From assembly GCA_951406725.2 (NCBI GenBank), contig OX597830.1, positions 29,698,001 to 29,762,000 of the forward strand: a DNA stretch of 64,000 nucleotides, given 5' to 3'. The translations under genes were made by a program, and so were the position numbers. The notes below the pieces were generated by a model. That model was not told where the DNA came from. It searched no databases and worked only from the letters and a program-made list of their open reading frames with translations. This document shows positions 1 through 13,410 of this stretch, piece after piece. The stretch is from Octopus vulgaris. Lineage: Eukaryota. Position 1 is the stretch's first letter; every line of letters begins with the position of its first letter.

Positions 1-904
1 TCATTATGATATTGGACTGACGATAATATATCGTCTGCTCAATTCCGGGTCCACGTGAAAAGAAAAGAAAATACCAGCCTGTTGCTGGTGGTGCCCTTTT
101 CTCATTCACCTATCACTCCCAATGCCTGAATGTGTTTTGAAGTTTAATAAACATTTGAATGAATTATCGAAACCGTGCTGCTAACGTGTACTATGTAACA
201 GAAATTATATTTCGAGTTTAAATTAAATTTGTACGTATAATCTCTCAGACCGAGGAAATCGTTGAAAGTGATATAATTAGTGTAAATATGACTAGGAGAA
301 CGTTATATCTGATTAGAACACCAGGAGCAAAAAACAATCGAAATGTATTTAAGGCGAAGTTTGAAAATGAGATGCAGAAAGTTATCACCATTTTCACTCT
401 AGATCCTTGTGCGTATTTCATATGGGTTATACGCTCACATCAGAAATCTGCACGGAAGATAACCCGCTGAGCTGAGCTTTATCCTTTCCTATTGCGCCCA
501 TAAGGTTTGAAGGAACAGTAATACTATTATAATTTTATCGCATTTCTGGTGCCAATGCTATAGAAATAACGGTTCCTGAAATTTGTAAACCCACATTTTG
601 GAAAGGCAGTGTTATACTGCGAGGGCACGGATTTTTCGATCCTAAACTGCAAAATATTACACTGCAATCATTTATGAACTGATGCTTATATCAGAACATC
701 AATTCACAATTTTCTTTTAACTGTTACTGTACAATCGCTTCTATGGAATACTCATCGTTTTATCTTCCTCGCCTGTCTCTTCTCCCTTTCTCTGACCCCT
801 CTACCTCATCCTCCCTCCACACATTTGTTCATACAAACATACATATAAAATATATATATGCATATATACATATACATACTTACACACAAGCATACACACA
901 AAAA

Positions 905-1097
905 AATATTAATTTAATAAGTAACAAATTTCACCAAGTAGCTTCGGTATAGAAAAAAAAAACATTATCGGTAAAAACTTCAACAAAAAGTTTTTTTAAT
1001 AATTATAAATAGAATAAAGGGTTTAGCAAAACGTTGCTTCACCACATACCGAAAATTTAGAAATAGCAGTAAAAAAACCGCTAATTCTTTTAACTAC
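905..1097 (-). mobile_element. Penelope-like pLTR-type fragment, homologue of 50943-51225
   Basis: ACAAATTTCACCAAGTAGCTTCGGTATAGAAAA..TATCGGTAAAAA is the reverse complement of ~51136-51190. GTTGCTTCACCACATACCGAAAATTTAGAAATAGCAG matches ~50964-51003. Ends in (TA)n. Confidence 0.55.
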
Positions 1098-1104
1098 ATA
1101 TATA

Positions 1105-1146
<42 letters not shown>

Positions 1147-1151
<5 letters not shown>

Positions 1152-1971
1152 GCGGTAGGTAAATGTCGCCATTATCTATTTTTTATTTCGCCCATGCACG
1201 TTGTGTACTTTTGGATTTTGTCGACCACACAATATAGTAGGTTCAGTTGGGGATTCTCTGTAAGTAAAACATCACCATGACGCAATTAACTTTGCCAGAA
1301 ATTGTAATTGACATTCTGTAATGCTTGGTATTCGCACCGGAGTCTCCAATACAAACATTTCAAAGTGTTTGTGTGTCGACCTGAGAACAGTTCAGTCAGA
1401 GGACATGTAGTGAGAGTGACAAAAATCAAACATCCATTCAACATTATGGTGCTTGGAATGATGGCGACTTTATGCCTCCATTCATCTTCCCACAAGGCCT
1501 CAGACTCAACACCGAGGCCTACATCAATTGCCTGGAGGATGTAGAGCTACCCTGGGACAAAAGAGTGTCTACTGGAAGACCATAGGTCTAGCAAGAGGTC
1601 TCTGCACCGAGCCACACATGTAGGAGTACACGATCATGGCTATCAGACAATTTCTGCGACCACATCGCCCCTGGGTCGCAGTTGAGCGAGAAACCAGCTT
1701 AAACTCCTTCAATGCCAAAGATGAACTGAAGGCAAGGATTATGGCAGCATTCACTAACTTAGACAAGGAAACCGACCAGAAGAGCTGTAGGAGATTCCGA
1801 AGTCGTCATGAGGATGTGGTTGAAGCCACGGGTGATTTTATTGAATAAATTTACTCTTTAGTATATCAAGATAATTTTATGTAATTTCGGTAAATATATC
1901 TGTTAAAAAAAGATGTCAGTGTTATTTTCGTTTTTGCGTAAATCAGACGAAAGTGTATTTACTGCACCCTG
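1147..1971 (+). mobile_element. Decayed Tc1/mariner element, maT/DD37D-like
   Basis: Imperfect TIRs (AGGGTGCGGTA / TACTGCACCCTG) inside TA tracts. Broken frames read KHPFNIMVLGMM, PFIFPQGLRLNTEAYINCLEDVELPW..QEVSAPSHT..WLSDNF and WVAVERET..LKARIMAAF..CRRFRSRHEDVVEATGDFIE*. The WPPxSPDLNP segment is deleted. Confidence 0.8.
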
Positions 1972-2002
<31 letters not shown>

Positions 2003-2224
2003 AATTGTACCAAAGAAGAAAAAGAAAGACAGAGACGCGTAGAAGAAAAAGAGAGAAGGCATATTAGTTAGACGGTCAGGAAAAAACTAGAAGTATTTTT
2101 TGAGCTAACGCTCTTCTACAAAGGGGAATGGGGAGAGAGAGAAAAAATCGAGATAAGGAAAAGAAAACGGAGAGAAAAAAAATGTCTGGATTAAAGGTTG
2201 CAAGTAACGTATGTATATTGCGTG

Positions 2225-2278
<54 letters not shown>

Positions 2279-2815
2279 AATATATGTAGATACTCGTGTG
2301 TGTGTCTACGTGTCTGTACACACACAAATGCATACATACTGACATACATACAAGTATATAAATATATATTACACAGACGCACTTCTTTATTAGTGAGAAC
2401 ACATTTTAGATACATTTAAACTTTTTTATTACTATTCCCCCCCATCCCCCATCATATTTCATATTACCTTTACTTTTTTCCCTCATCCTATTCTTTAACT
2501 TTCATTCTTCACTTACTCCCTTCACCAACAATTCGAGTCTCTTTTCGCTCACGTTCCGTCTCCTCCTCACTCTCTTATACAAATATACACACATGCACAC
2601 GCTCATTTACTCCTATGCCAGCTCTTTCCCCTATTTTATTTCCATGTTCATTTCCTCAGCTAATTGTTTCAAATTCTCTGACAGTAGGCGTGGCTGGAAT
2701 ATTTCCACAGACGAACAATCATTGTTCCAGTAGCTGCCATCTTTATAGGCGTCGCCATATTTTTCATGCATCAATGACAATACGTCTCCTTTGCATTTCT
2801 CACCTCTACACATAA

Positions 2816-2937
2816 GCTTCTTCTTCTTCTTCTTCTTCTTCTTCTTCTTCTTCTTCTTCTTCTTCTTCTTCTTCTTCTTCTTCTTCTTCTTCTTCTTCTT
2901 CTCCTCCTCCTTCTTCTTCTTCTTCTTCTTCTTCTTC
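2816..2937. repeat. (TTC)n microsatellite
   Basis: Directly visible; source of the poly-K/poly-F ORFs. Confidence 0.98.
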
Positions 2938-3833
2938 ACACTTCTATACGAATTTACAAACACATTTAAGCCCAAAATACACACACACTCTTTCTCACGC
3001 ACACAACCACACAAATACATGCACCCACATAAATATATACACACATTACTGAAATATGCATGTACGGACATGCACAAAACACACCTTAAACAAGCCACAC
3101 CACAAGCGTACACACACTCAGAATTATGTGTAGTATGCATGCTAGAAATCAAACGCATATACATCAATTAGACACAAAGTCAGACATACATACGGAATCA
3201 CATACATATAATGCATACATCCGCGTCCTAAATCATACGGTATATGAAACTGAATAAATTTTACACGTAAACTCACGCGTTTCTTTTATATCGTGTATCA
3301 CGAGCTGATTCTTGCATTCTAAATGTTTTTATGCCGTATCCCCAAATTTTTCACAATTTATATGGTCTTTTGTGGAGCACTTTTATAAAAAAAAAGAAAA
3401 GGTAGCTCGTTAAGAAGATTAATAAAAGTAGCTAATCGGTAGAATTGTAAACGTGTTAGACACAAAGACTTGAGCGTTTGATCCGACTCCCTATAACCTA
3501 AATCCATATCACCGCAAAATCAACATTCATTTACACTTTTGCGATGTGGATAAAAATGTAGAAGCCCTAGGAGGAAGATTAAGAGACTTGTTAAAAGGTC
3601 GGGTAAGATGATATGCCATAGCGTTCTCGACATTTTTTGCATGCGAGGCAACAACACATATAACGACAATCGTACTATGATGTTTCGATTCAGGTGGGCG
3701 ACCTGTGTCAAGGATAGGCCACCATCTCTCGGAAAGAGGAGAAAAACATGCCTTAACAATTCCTGACATGACTCATTATTTGTTGTACAGATTCTGCTCA
3801 GCCATTATATTTCTAAATGTGATGTAGTCTGTG

Positions 3834-3880
<47 letters not shown>

Positions 3881-3883
<3 letters not shown>

Positions 3884-4020
3884 TTTCTGCGTTCCGTTCT
3901 GCCAAAGACCGTAGGCTCGAAACGTAAAAGACTTTCTCACTTCCCGTGCGTTGAACTAAGACATCTCTTTGTTGTTTACACACCCTTATTGCATTTTGTT
4001 TTTTCTTGTAAATTCTTGCT
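3881..4020 (+). mobile_element. Short element with degenerate hammerhead-like motif, related to 50265-50465
   Basis: CTGCCAAAGACCGTAGGCTCGAAACGTAAAAG followed by CTTCCCGTGCGT..TTTGTT. Same layout as the 50331-50420 segment; flanked by (TA)n on both sides. Confidence 0.5.
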
Positions 4021-4085
4021 ATATATATATAGATAACTTCCAAGTACGTTGTATATGTTTGTTCGAATATAAAAACATACATACG

Positions 4086-4420
4086 GTCGCAGGCATGGCT
4101 GTGTGGTAAGAAGTTTGTTTGTCAACCATAGTTCTGGGTTCAGTTCCTCTCTGTGGCACGTTGGCCAATTGTCTTCTATAGTTTCGGGCCATCCAAAGCA
4201 TTGTGAACGGATTTTGTTGACGGAAAGTGACGCTTAACAACTGGTGTTGGTGTGTTTACGTCCCCTTTAACTAGCGGTTCTGCAACATGTCATCGATACA
4301 ATATGCACCAGGCTTTAGAAATATGAAGTGATATGGTCAAATCTTTCGACTGAAATACTTCAAGACGGTGCCCCAGTATGGCCGCAGTCTAATAGCTGAA
4401 ACGGGTAAAAGATAAAGAGA
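4086..4420 (+). mobile_element. SINE family A (tRNA-like head, CR1-type tail), diverged
   Basis: Aligns along its length with 41024-41460 (GCAGG..GGCTGTGTGGTAAG ... GGTGCCCCAGTATGGCCGCAGTC..TGAAAC). Confidence 0.85.
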
Positions 4421-4444
4421 GATAAATACAATCATCTGTGTATG

Positions 4445-4486
<42 letters not shown>

Positions 4487-4747
4487 TGTGTGTGTGTGTG
4501 TACCTGTGTGTGTTGTGAGCAATGTTAAGGTAAGCTAATGTGTGACAAATTTTTGAACTGCTAAAAGACAAATTCACTGCAATTGCCGTGGAGAAAATAT
4601 TCTCTTATAGTAAAAAGGTGTAAAAACACTCCCTATCTGTCTAGTGTTGCTCTCCTGTTCACAACGGATAAGTAGCAAGAAACAATGGATATCTGAGATC
4701 CTATTAGAAATCGAAACATTTTTGCAGTTCCTATCTGTTCCACGTAC

Positions 4748-4821
<74 letters not shown>

Positions 4822-4990
4822 TCTTTGCAGCATTTCGTCCGTTTTCACGTTCAAATTTCAAATTCCGCTGAGGTCGAATATGCCCTTCATCCTTATGAGG
4901 TCAATAAAGCAAGTAACCAGGTGAACACTCTGGGATGGATAACATCGCCTTTACCTCCCGCTCCGCCCCCGCCCCCATAAAATTACTAGC
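4748..4990 (+). mobile_element. (TTA)n tract followed by a partial SINE family B
   Basis: TTCAAATTCCGCTGAGGTCGAATATGCCCTTCATCCTT..GGTCAATAAAGCAAGTAACCAG matches 29280-29345. Confidence 0.7.
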
Positions 4991-5129
4991 CTGGTGTCAA
5001 CATTTTAATATCATCATTATTACTGTTATTCTTCTTCATCTTCGTATTATTATTATTATTATTGCTATTATTAGAGTTGGTAGTGGTAGTAGTAGAATTA
5101 TTATTATTACTATTATTTTTTTTCCTTCT

Positions 5130-5450
5130 TCTTTCAAATTTACTTCCATTTCCTGCTGAGCGTCTTCCCAACTCCTAGGGCAAAGAAACTCATAGTATAC
5201 ATTGGCAGGCCATTAAACCAAACTCAATAGTTCGTTCATTTTTTTTTTTTTTAAGGTTAAATTAAAATACATGGGCAGTAACAGCTCTCACAGCGACAAT
5301 GATTTTCTCAATACGTGTGATGTACCAGTTAAGACAATCTTTTGCACTTCTTGCAGGGATGGTAAGCCAGGGATCATTCTCATATAATTTTCGGTTCCCT
5401 TCTTAATCATTCCTAGTGCTCCTACGATCACTGGTATTGTAACCGCCTTA
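5130..5450 (-). mobile_element. 3' end of an R4/Dong-type RLE non-LTR retrotransposon
   Basis: Minus frame KAVTIPVIVGALGMIKKGTENYMRMIPGLPSLQEVQKIVLTGTSHVLRKSLSL*. The 3' UTR matches 16765-16860. Both ends abut TTA-type repeats. Confidence 0.85.
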
Positions 5451-5469
5451 TTATTATTATTATTATTAT

Positions 5470-5560
<91 letters not shown>

Positions 5561-5578
5561 TAGTAGTAGTAGTAGTAT
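5448..5578. repeat. (TTA)n/(TAG)n compound microsatellite
   Basis: Directly visible. Confidence 0.97.
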
Positions 5579-5964
5579 CACCCTCAGTGAAACTAAATGG
5601 AAAATAGTATTGCAACAGAGAATTAAAAACAGGGATCACACACGTAGAGTGTGGTACCAGGGAATTTTCGTCTAGCTCTACAGCACTTGTCAAGCATCAG
5701 TGATAAATGTTATTTTCAAACGCTTCCCAATTTGCTCCCCTCTCTAATTCATGACGTTCAGACTGATCTAATCTCCAGTACTCTCGATATATCGTATTAC
5801 TGATAATGGAAAAATGCGTATCACTAATTAACAGGGTTCCCAGAGAAAGTTATAACGCTTAACCATAATTGTTATGTTTTCCATAAAGTTTATTTATATA
5901 TTTTTACATTAACGCATACACAAACATACATGTATCTGTAGCTATATGAACGTGTATACATACA

Positions 5965-6044
<80 letters not shown>

Positions 6045-7314
6045 GTTTATATATATATATATATAGACATATATATATGTATATATATATATATATGTTT
6101 GTGTGTGTATAGACATATATATACATATACATATTTATACTTAAATATACATATACACACACATATGTATTTGTGTATGTATGTATGCTTGTATGTATAT
6201 GCATATATACACACATATATATGCATGTATATATACATATATATATGTGTGTGCATATATATATATATGTATGTTGATACATACACACATACACACACAC
6301 ATATGCGTGTATGTGTATGTCCCAATGTGTATGTGTCTTTGTGTGTGTTTGTCCCTATGTGTGTGTGTATGTTTTCGTGTGTGTGTGTGTGAATGTATGT
6401 ATGTCACCAGCATAACAACAATTGTATATTGCTATATTTCTAGAACATGAAATTGTGAATGCTGTGACAATTATGTCTTTCTCACCAACATGTGCTTTAA
6501 TTGAACCACGTGACATAAAACAGAAATCCCTGTTAGATATCCTTTGGATGGAGCCTACGACAAGAAGAACATCTAAGTAGTTGTCGAACCCGCTAAAATT
6601 TGCAGTCAAGGTTGCATCATGTCACACCCTACTGCTTTGATTACGGCACGAACACATTGCCCAATATAGCACGTGGTTTACCTTCACAAACATGTTTTGT
6701 TGTCGACAAATATCGCTTTTATCAAATATAGCTTTTATCAAAGCTCTTCTCAATTAGTATGTACTTTTGACTAATGCAGTGTTGTAGTGAGTGTAGTAGG
6801 TGATGGAAAAGTGGAACAGCCGTGGTGTGACCGGGTGTACATTGTAAGTGCAAATGTATGAAAGTAAACGTATCGGCGCCAAAATTACTTTTTACTATAG
6901 GTAAACTTTGTAATGCCACTAGGACAGAAAAAATAAACGGTTGTTTTTTTATATATAAGTGCAGTCGTTGAATTGGCTTCCATATTACTATGTGCGCCAT
7001 AGGTTTTATCTCACTCTTTTTTCCTACTTCTGCAACAAAGCAGAAGAACCATGGTGTAACCCACTATGGTGTGGTAAACTTTCAAGCCCTAGTCTACATT
7101 GCGAATCCTCTGTACCCCAGGATGGTTCCACTCTCCACCCCTTAAAAGCCACCGTTTACAGAATGAGGATAACACGTAGCTTTAGCGCCCGTGCAACTGC
7201 CAGTCTATTGCGTGTGGCGGTTGGATCTTCAAGTTGCCACACACACTCTTAGTAGCTTAGAGTAGGCTCGAATTAGAGATTACTCTTTGTGGCTAATGGC
7301 GTGAGTCCTGATTG

Positions 7315-7443
7315 GAAGAAGAAGAAGAAGAAGAAGAAGAAGAAGAAGAAGAAGAAGAAGAAGAAGAAGAAGAAGAAAGAAGAAGAAGAAGAAGAAGAAG
7401 AAGAAGAAGAAGAAGAAGAAGAAGAAGAAGAAGAAGAAGAAGA
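7315..7443. repeat. (GAA)n microsatellite
   Basis: Directly visible; source of the poly-K/poly-E ORF. Confidence 0.97.
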
Positions 7444-7620
7444 CAGCAACCCACGACAACGAAATGAACAACATCAAAATCAAAAGATACCTGACATGAG
7501 CTGAAGTTCCATATTTTTGAATGTTGAACTCTTCTAAAGTTGAAATTAATAAAGTCAGAATCGGTCGCAAGTTCAAACTTGATAACATGACAGGAAAGTT
7601 TAAAACAGGGATCTTTCTAA

Positions 7621-7745
7621 CACAGTTCTATATTTAATAGATGAGGAATTACGTTCATTATTTACATTATTTACGTTTGACGGATATTTGTCCTCATCGT
7701 GTTTGTTGTTAACATAAACATTTCGGCTGATAGACACTCCAGCCC
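7621..7745 (-). mobile_element. Penelope-like pLTR-type fragment; second partial copy at 19021-19075 in the opposite orientation
   Basis: GTTCTATATTTAATAGATGAGGAATTACGTTCATTATTTACA is the reverse complement of ~19023-19064. The minus strand has a GGCTGG..TCAGCC stem followed by GAAATGT (3' half of a hammerhead-like motif). Confidence 0.45.
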
Positions 7746-8050
<305 letters not shown>

Positions 8051-8062
8051 TACTTTCGAGTA

Positions 8063-8232
8063 AAAGCACAAGGCCTGAAATTTGGGGAGAAGTCGATTAC
8101 AATGAACCCGAGTGTTTCACTGGTACTTAATTTATTGACTCCAAAATGTTAAACGGTGAAGTCGGACTCGGTGGGATTTGAATTCAGAACTTAGCGACGG
8201 GCGTAATACCGAGAAGTATTTCGTCCAGTGTA
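8063..8232 (-). mobile_element. SINE family B, diverged
   Basis: GCACAAGGCCTGAAATTTGGGG..CTGGTACTTAATTTATTGAC..GGATTTGAATTCAGAAC is the reverse complement of 29421-29590. Confidence 0.75.
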
Positions 8233-8239
8233 ATAAATT

Positions 8240-9550
8240 ATAGCAACAACAATACTCTGAAGCGGGGGCGAAGAGTAAATTGCTGGGGCATAGAATTGCC
8301 AAATGGAGAAAGAATGAAAGATCCTGATGATGATGGGCACAAGAACCATGGGACCCTGGAGCTGGACAATATCTTGCACAAAGAAATGAAAGACAAGATC
8401 ATCACTGCATATTTGAAGCACCTCAAACTTTTCTTGAAATCAAAACTCAACTCAAGAAGCTGCCATTAGCATATGGGTTGTTGCTGTAGTTCGCTATAGT
8501 GCACCCATACTGAAATAGACACAAGCAGCGATTGACCAACTCGATCGCACTACCCGATAAACAATGTCAATGCATGCTGCCCTCCACCCTAAGCCAAATA
8601 TACACAGCGAGGTAAAGGTGGACGTGTGCTGATAAGCGTACGGGCGTGCATCAACATTGAAAGAAGAAACATGACAGAATATTTTGTGAGCAGCAAACAA
8701 GATCTGATTCACTACGCAGCTAGTGTAGAAGGAATTAACAAAAATGGTGCTCATGAATTTTGACCAATAACAGTCAACAAGAGGGAAGAAACCCTTTTCC
8801 GCATGGAATTACATGTGCCATTTCCACCGTGAACAAGCATAATGGAGTTGGCTCAACAATGGTGAACTAAATAAGAGTACTGAAAACCTAATCGTCGCGA
8901 CCCAGGACCATCAGTGAAAAAGAATACATACAACACAAGGCAACGGACCTCTGCAGAATGTGTGGGAAGAGCGTCGAAAGCGTGACTCACGCTGTTAGTG
9001 CTTGTGAAAATTTTGCACAGAAAGAGCACTTGCGTAGACAGAAGGTAGCCCAAAACCTCCGAAAGTATAGATATGAGGTTACGGGTGCTTGGCACCAACA
9101 TAGACCGAAAAAAGTAACTGACGAAAGGGGAAGTCAAAAATTCTCTGGGACTTTCCAGACAAAATTTTAGAGGACCGTAGGCCGGATATAGTATCCTTTA
9201 GTGGGGGACAAACAAGAGTGCTTAATAATCTACGTAGCAGTGCCAGGAGGTCAACATATCATCATGAAAAAAAAGGTTGATATATATATATATGAAAACC
9301 TGAGAATTGAGATCGCTAAGATTTGGCAGCTACGAGAGTCGAACATCAAGGTTATCCCTATTGTCATTGGAGCATTGGGTTCAATATCACCCAATCTGAA
9401 AACCTTAGACATACCCTACAATCTAGATGTATTGCAAAAGTTGGCATTACTTGGAACTGCACGCATATTGCGTAAAGCATTGTCTGCCTGAGGTCCTTGT
9501 TGTGACTTGACGAACAGTACAAACCCCCGGTAGACACAATGCTTTCAATC
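8240..9550 (+). pseudogene. Decayed R4/Dong-type LINE (post-RT region, CCHC knuckle, RLE), a second family
   Basis: Frames read KEMKDKIITAYLKHLKLFLKSKLNSR, VVRYSAPILK, MHAALHPK, CRMCGKSVESVTHAVSAC, KILWDF..RRPDIV and CLIIYVAVP..IPIVIGALGS..LQKLALLGTARILRKALSA*. Many frameshifts. Confidence 0.85.
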
Positions 9551-9935
9551 AATACGTTAGATAGACTTCAATTAAGCAGAAGTACCATGTTAGAAGCTTG
9601 ATAGTCAGTTCTGTACTTCAATCCCTTCTTCGATCACAACCGTCTCGCAAGTTCAGTAAAGTGTTATAAATAAACGGATCTTCTCCTATGTGATAAAAAT
9701 GCAGATAATATACTCGATTTCCAACAGGGAAAATTTCTTGTCAAGAATGGTAGATTAATTATGAAAATATTGTCCGAGAATCGATTCCTGGACAAAGTGG
9801 CGCATTGCTGCTACAAAGATCTATATGATTACCAGCCTAGTGCTGATGCAGCTTTCCATATCTCCAGCTACAAAAGGCCACGATTTCCAGCGGTATCAAG
9901 AGTGGGAGATCCCAGAGATTTTCTGTTCAATTGTA

Positions 9936-10135
9936 TCTATATATGCACCGCAAACATTTAGCGAAAATATTGCAAAAGCTACCGGATCACCACAAACGCG
10001 TGTAAGTGGTAACTGCTTTACGTTATATATGTGTATATATATATGGCTGAGTGGTGTGTATGAGTGTGTTTGAATTTCTGTTTAGATTTTCGATACTATC
10101 CTTTTATATCCCATCGTAGATGGGCAGATTTGCTA
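9936..10135 (+). mobile_element. Short non-autonomous Helitron (upstream member of a tandem)
   Basis: Starts A|TCTATATA. Ends with hairpin CCCATC-GTA-GATGGG (10110-10124) plus CAGATTTGCTA, nearly identical to the 3' end at 11189-11217. Confidence 0.5.
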
Positions 10136-11217
10136 TCTTACTATAATGGGCGTTTTGACCGTCTGTTTGTCCGTCTGTCCATCTCTTTGCCCGTTCCCTC
10201 TTCACGGCCAGAGGCCTGGACCAATGATTACGATATTTTTCGAGATTACAAATACCATCATCAGGAAGGGTTTTAACATTAAAAAAATCAGAGGGTATGA
10301 TTATTTCGTGGATATCGATTCTGAAATTGATAAACTACCTTCGCATTTTTTTTAATGAGTAACTCTGGATTTTCATCGTGAGGTTCAGGCCCCTATCGTA
10401 GATACGAAAACGGTCACGAGGACGGTTAATGGAGAAAGTAAAAAGTGTGTGTCAGTATATAGTGAGTGTGATTATTTAGTGGTTCTTGAAATGCGTCAGG
10501 CTCGAACAGGATTCAAAACGGCTCTTCCAAGCGGCTGTCGTTTACATCTCAGTTTTGTCAATCAAAATAACATGGTACCAGAACATCCAGACATTATTCG
10601 CATGTAAGACTTTGTTCGATTTTTTGTCAACCCTAAAGATACAACTAGCGCATTCACAGCAAACAAGGCACAGGGCCAGACTTTAGATCGTGTTAGGTGT
10701 ATTTTTCCCCTCACCGATGTTTACACACGGCCAGTTATACGTCGCTATGAATAGAGAGCAACGGAATCCAGTAATTTGAAAATTAGGGTCGACCAAACAA
10801 AAAATACCGTCTACAAAAGTTTTGTAACCATATCGATATCATCGAAAGAAATATGATTCATAATTTAAATTAGGAAATTTGTGAACTCTGAATGTATAAG
10901 TGTATAAACAAACGTAGAATAGTGTAAACAACTAAAATAAAAGTTACATCTAAATAACAATTTTTTTCTCAATACTTTTTATACAGTGGTTGAAAGAAGC
11001 TCTGGCTTTCGTTAGGAAAGGCTCACGTGAATCACCATCGCATGTCACCTAGTCGCAAACACGCAATAGAAGGCTATATCACCAACAATAAATATGATAT
11101 CCCTAAGACATCACCCAGTAATCTATCATGTCCATTTACACATTTGTCAATACATACTACTGTTATGACTTCCCTCCTTTACTTTATGCCTACATCGTAG
11201 ATGGGTAGATTTTCTAG
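10136..11217 (+). mobile_element. Internally deleted Helitron with a PIF1-type helicase C-terminal remnant
   Basis: 5' A|TCTTACTATAA and (GTCY)n near the 5' end. 10650-10830 reads AFTANKAQGQTLDRV/GVFFPSPMFTHGQLYVAMNR..SNLKIRVDQTKNTVYK. 3' hairpin plus CTAG at 11214-11217. Confidence 0.85.
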
Positions 11218-11919
11218 CGTTAAGAAAACATTATTACATCGCTGCGCTCACTTTCTCGCATGAAACAGGAATACGTCTCGTGGATAATGTTCTTGTGTCT
11301 GCTTTTCTTAGTGAAGGACATGGAAGGTATATAAATAACTCAATTTCGAACTTGATATAGTCTTCCTTACTCGGTTCCAGTTAGTAAAAATAAAAACTAA
11401 ACTAAATTAAAATAAAATAAAATAAACAAGTATTTTCTTACATAAGAATTGCAAGGAATTCTAACCACTTGGCAATTTTGTCATTTGTCATTTTTAAGAT
11501 TATTTCGTGTGGGAACATGATGTTTAGCGCATCAGTTGAACTAAAAGAACGGTTAGGGGTACGAAGTACAATGTCTTACGGTATTTAGTTCTGTCGATAA
11601 TATTAGCTGTTATCTAATTACCTGTCAAATAGTATTGTCAATTAATCGAGTACATTACACCCTTTCTAAATGTGTGGCTCTTTGAAAGTGCAGGGAGCCA
11701 TTTGGGAATGAATATCTAATGTATGTTTATATTTTACTCTTTTAGAACGTATCAGTTTAAGGATCCTCTGTACGATGAGGGGCGGTAATATATTAAACAC
11801 CCTATATACCAGACTAAAACATGTATAAAAATTAATGCAGTAGTTTTAACAAGTTTAATATATATTGATACATTTATATTATATATACACTACTACCGAC
11901 TTCTGACATTCTATATGTA

Positions 11920-13167
11920 TAGGATTGGCAAGAAAGTAATTTCGGATTTTAATGTGAAATGAAGGTGATTTGCTTTCATACAAAGAACTTTAATTATATA
12001 TTTTCCATTTTGTTCGATGACCTTTTGCCATCTTTCTGGAAACTTCATGATTCCGGGCTGATAAAAGTGAAGCAAGTGCGATTTCATTTTGCCATAATTA
12101 TTGAAAGTTTTACCATTCAAGAATTTTGCAAACTTCGAAATATATGGTAATCTGATGGTGCAAAGTCGGGGCTTTACATTACTTCTCCACCAAACTCCAA
12201 TGATTTTTCACGAGTTAGCAAAATGTGTGTTGTCTAGCGTTGCCATGGTGGAACACAATTCCTTTACGATTTGCCAATTCTGGCTGTTTTTCTTTGATTG
12301 CTTCCTCCAGTTTCATTTGTTGTTGAGAGCAAACATCTGAATTGATCGTTTGGTTTGGTTTCTTGGAAGCAGCTCGAAATGCACATCACCATTGCAATCA
12401 CACCAAATTAACAGCATGTCTTTTTATGATGCAATTCAGCTTTCAATGTGGTTTGTGCCGGTTCATTACGTTTGGGCCATGATCGCTTTCGATTGATGCT
12501 ATTGTAGGCAATCCATTTTTCCTCACCAGTGATGATTTGTTTCAAAATAATCTCGATGTCATTCAATTTGAGATGCATATCGCAAATATTGATTCGTCGT
12601 GTGAAGTGAATCTCTTTCAATTTAAGTGGAACCCAAATATTGAGCTTCTTAACGAGTCCGACATATTTTAAGTGATTTTCAATTGTTGTGTGTGATACAT
12701 TTAACTTCTCTGCAATCTCTCACACAGTTACATGGCCATAAGATCCAGTTATGGTTTTGATTCAGTCATCATGAACTTCACTAGGTCGACCAGAATGTTG
12801 GTCATCTTTGAGTGAAATATCTCCAGAACAGATTTTTAAAATCATATCTAACATTTGTGTTCTGTTAAGCAATCAACACCGTAAAATTCACATATCTCTT
12901 GGTGATTTTCAGCTGCTTTCATGCCTTTACGGAAATAAAAAAAAGAGGCAAAATAAGGCGAAAATGTTCGTTTTCGCATGCCATTTTAGAATTGAAATTG
13001 AACTAACAGTTGTAAACAAAATTACGCGCTATTTGCTCCTGAAGTAAGCTAAAAGTAACAGCAGCTAAATGTCAAAAGTAAAAAACCGTAACATTCACAG
13101 AAGTCATTTAAAAGAATCGTAACTCTATCAACTAGCGAAAAACAAAATTTCATTCTTGCCAACCCAA
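11920..13167 (-). mobile_element. Near-full-length decayed mariner (DD34D), mellifera-subfamily-like
   Basis: TIRs TAGGATTGGCAAGAAAG / CATTCTTGCCAACCCAA with flanking TA. Minus frames read WVPLKLKEIHFTRRINICDMHLK..IITGEEKWIAYNSINRKRSW..EPAQTTLKAELHHKK and GIMKFPERWQKVIEQNGKYI. Confidence 0.9.
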
Positions 13168-13174
13168 TATGTAT

Positions 13175-13345
13175 ATTCTTTAATTCTTTTATTCATCTAT
13201 TCATTTCAGTCATTTGACTTCAGCCATGCTGGAGCACCACCTTTAGTCGAATAAATCAACCCCCCGAACTTATTTTATCGGTCTCCTTTGACGAAAAGCT
13301 AAGTTACGGGGACGTAAGTACACCAGCATAGGTTGTCAACTGAAG
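13175..13345 (-). mobile_element. SINE family A, 3' half
   Basis: TTTCAGTCATTTGACTTCAGCCATGCTGGAGCACCACCTTTAGTCG is the reverse complement of the family A tail. Confidence 0.85.
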
Positions 13346-13356
13346 ACACACACACA

Positions 13357-13410
<54 letters not shown>

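Noticed and set aside
3527-3769. ORF with LTRPFNKSLN, faintly like a LINE RT N-terminal motif
   Set aside because: Too short a match and no neighbouring RT motifs.
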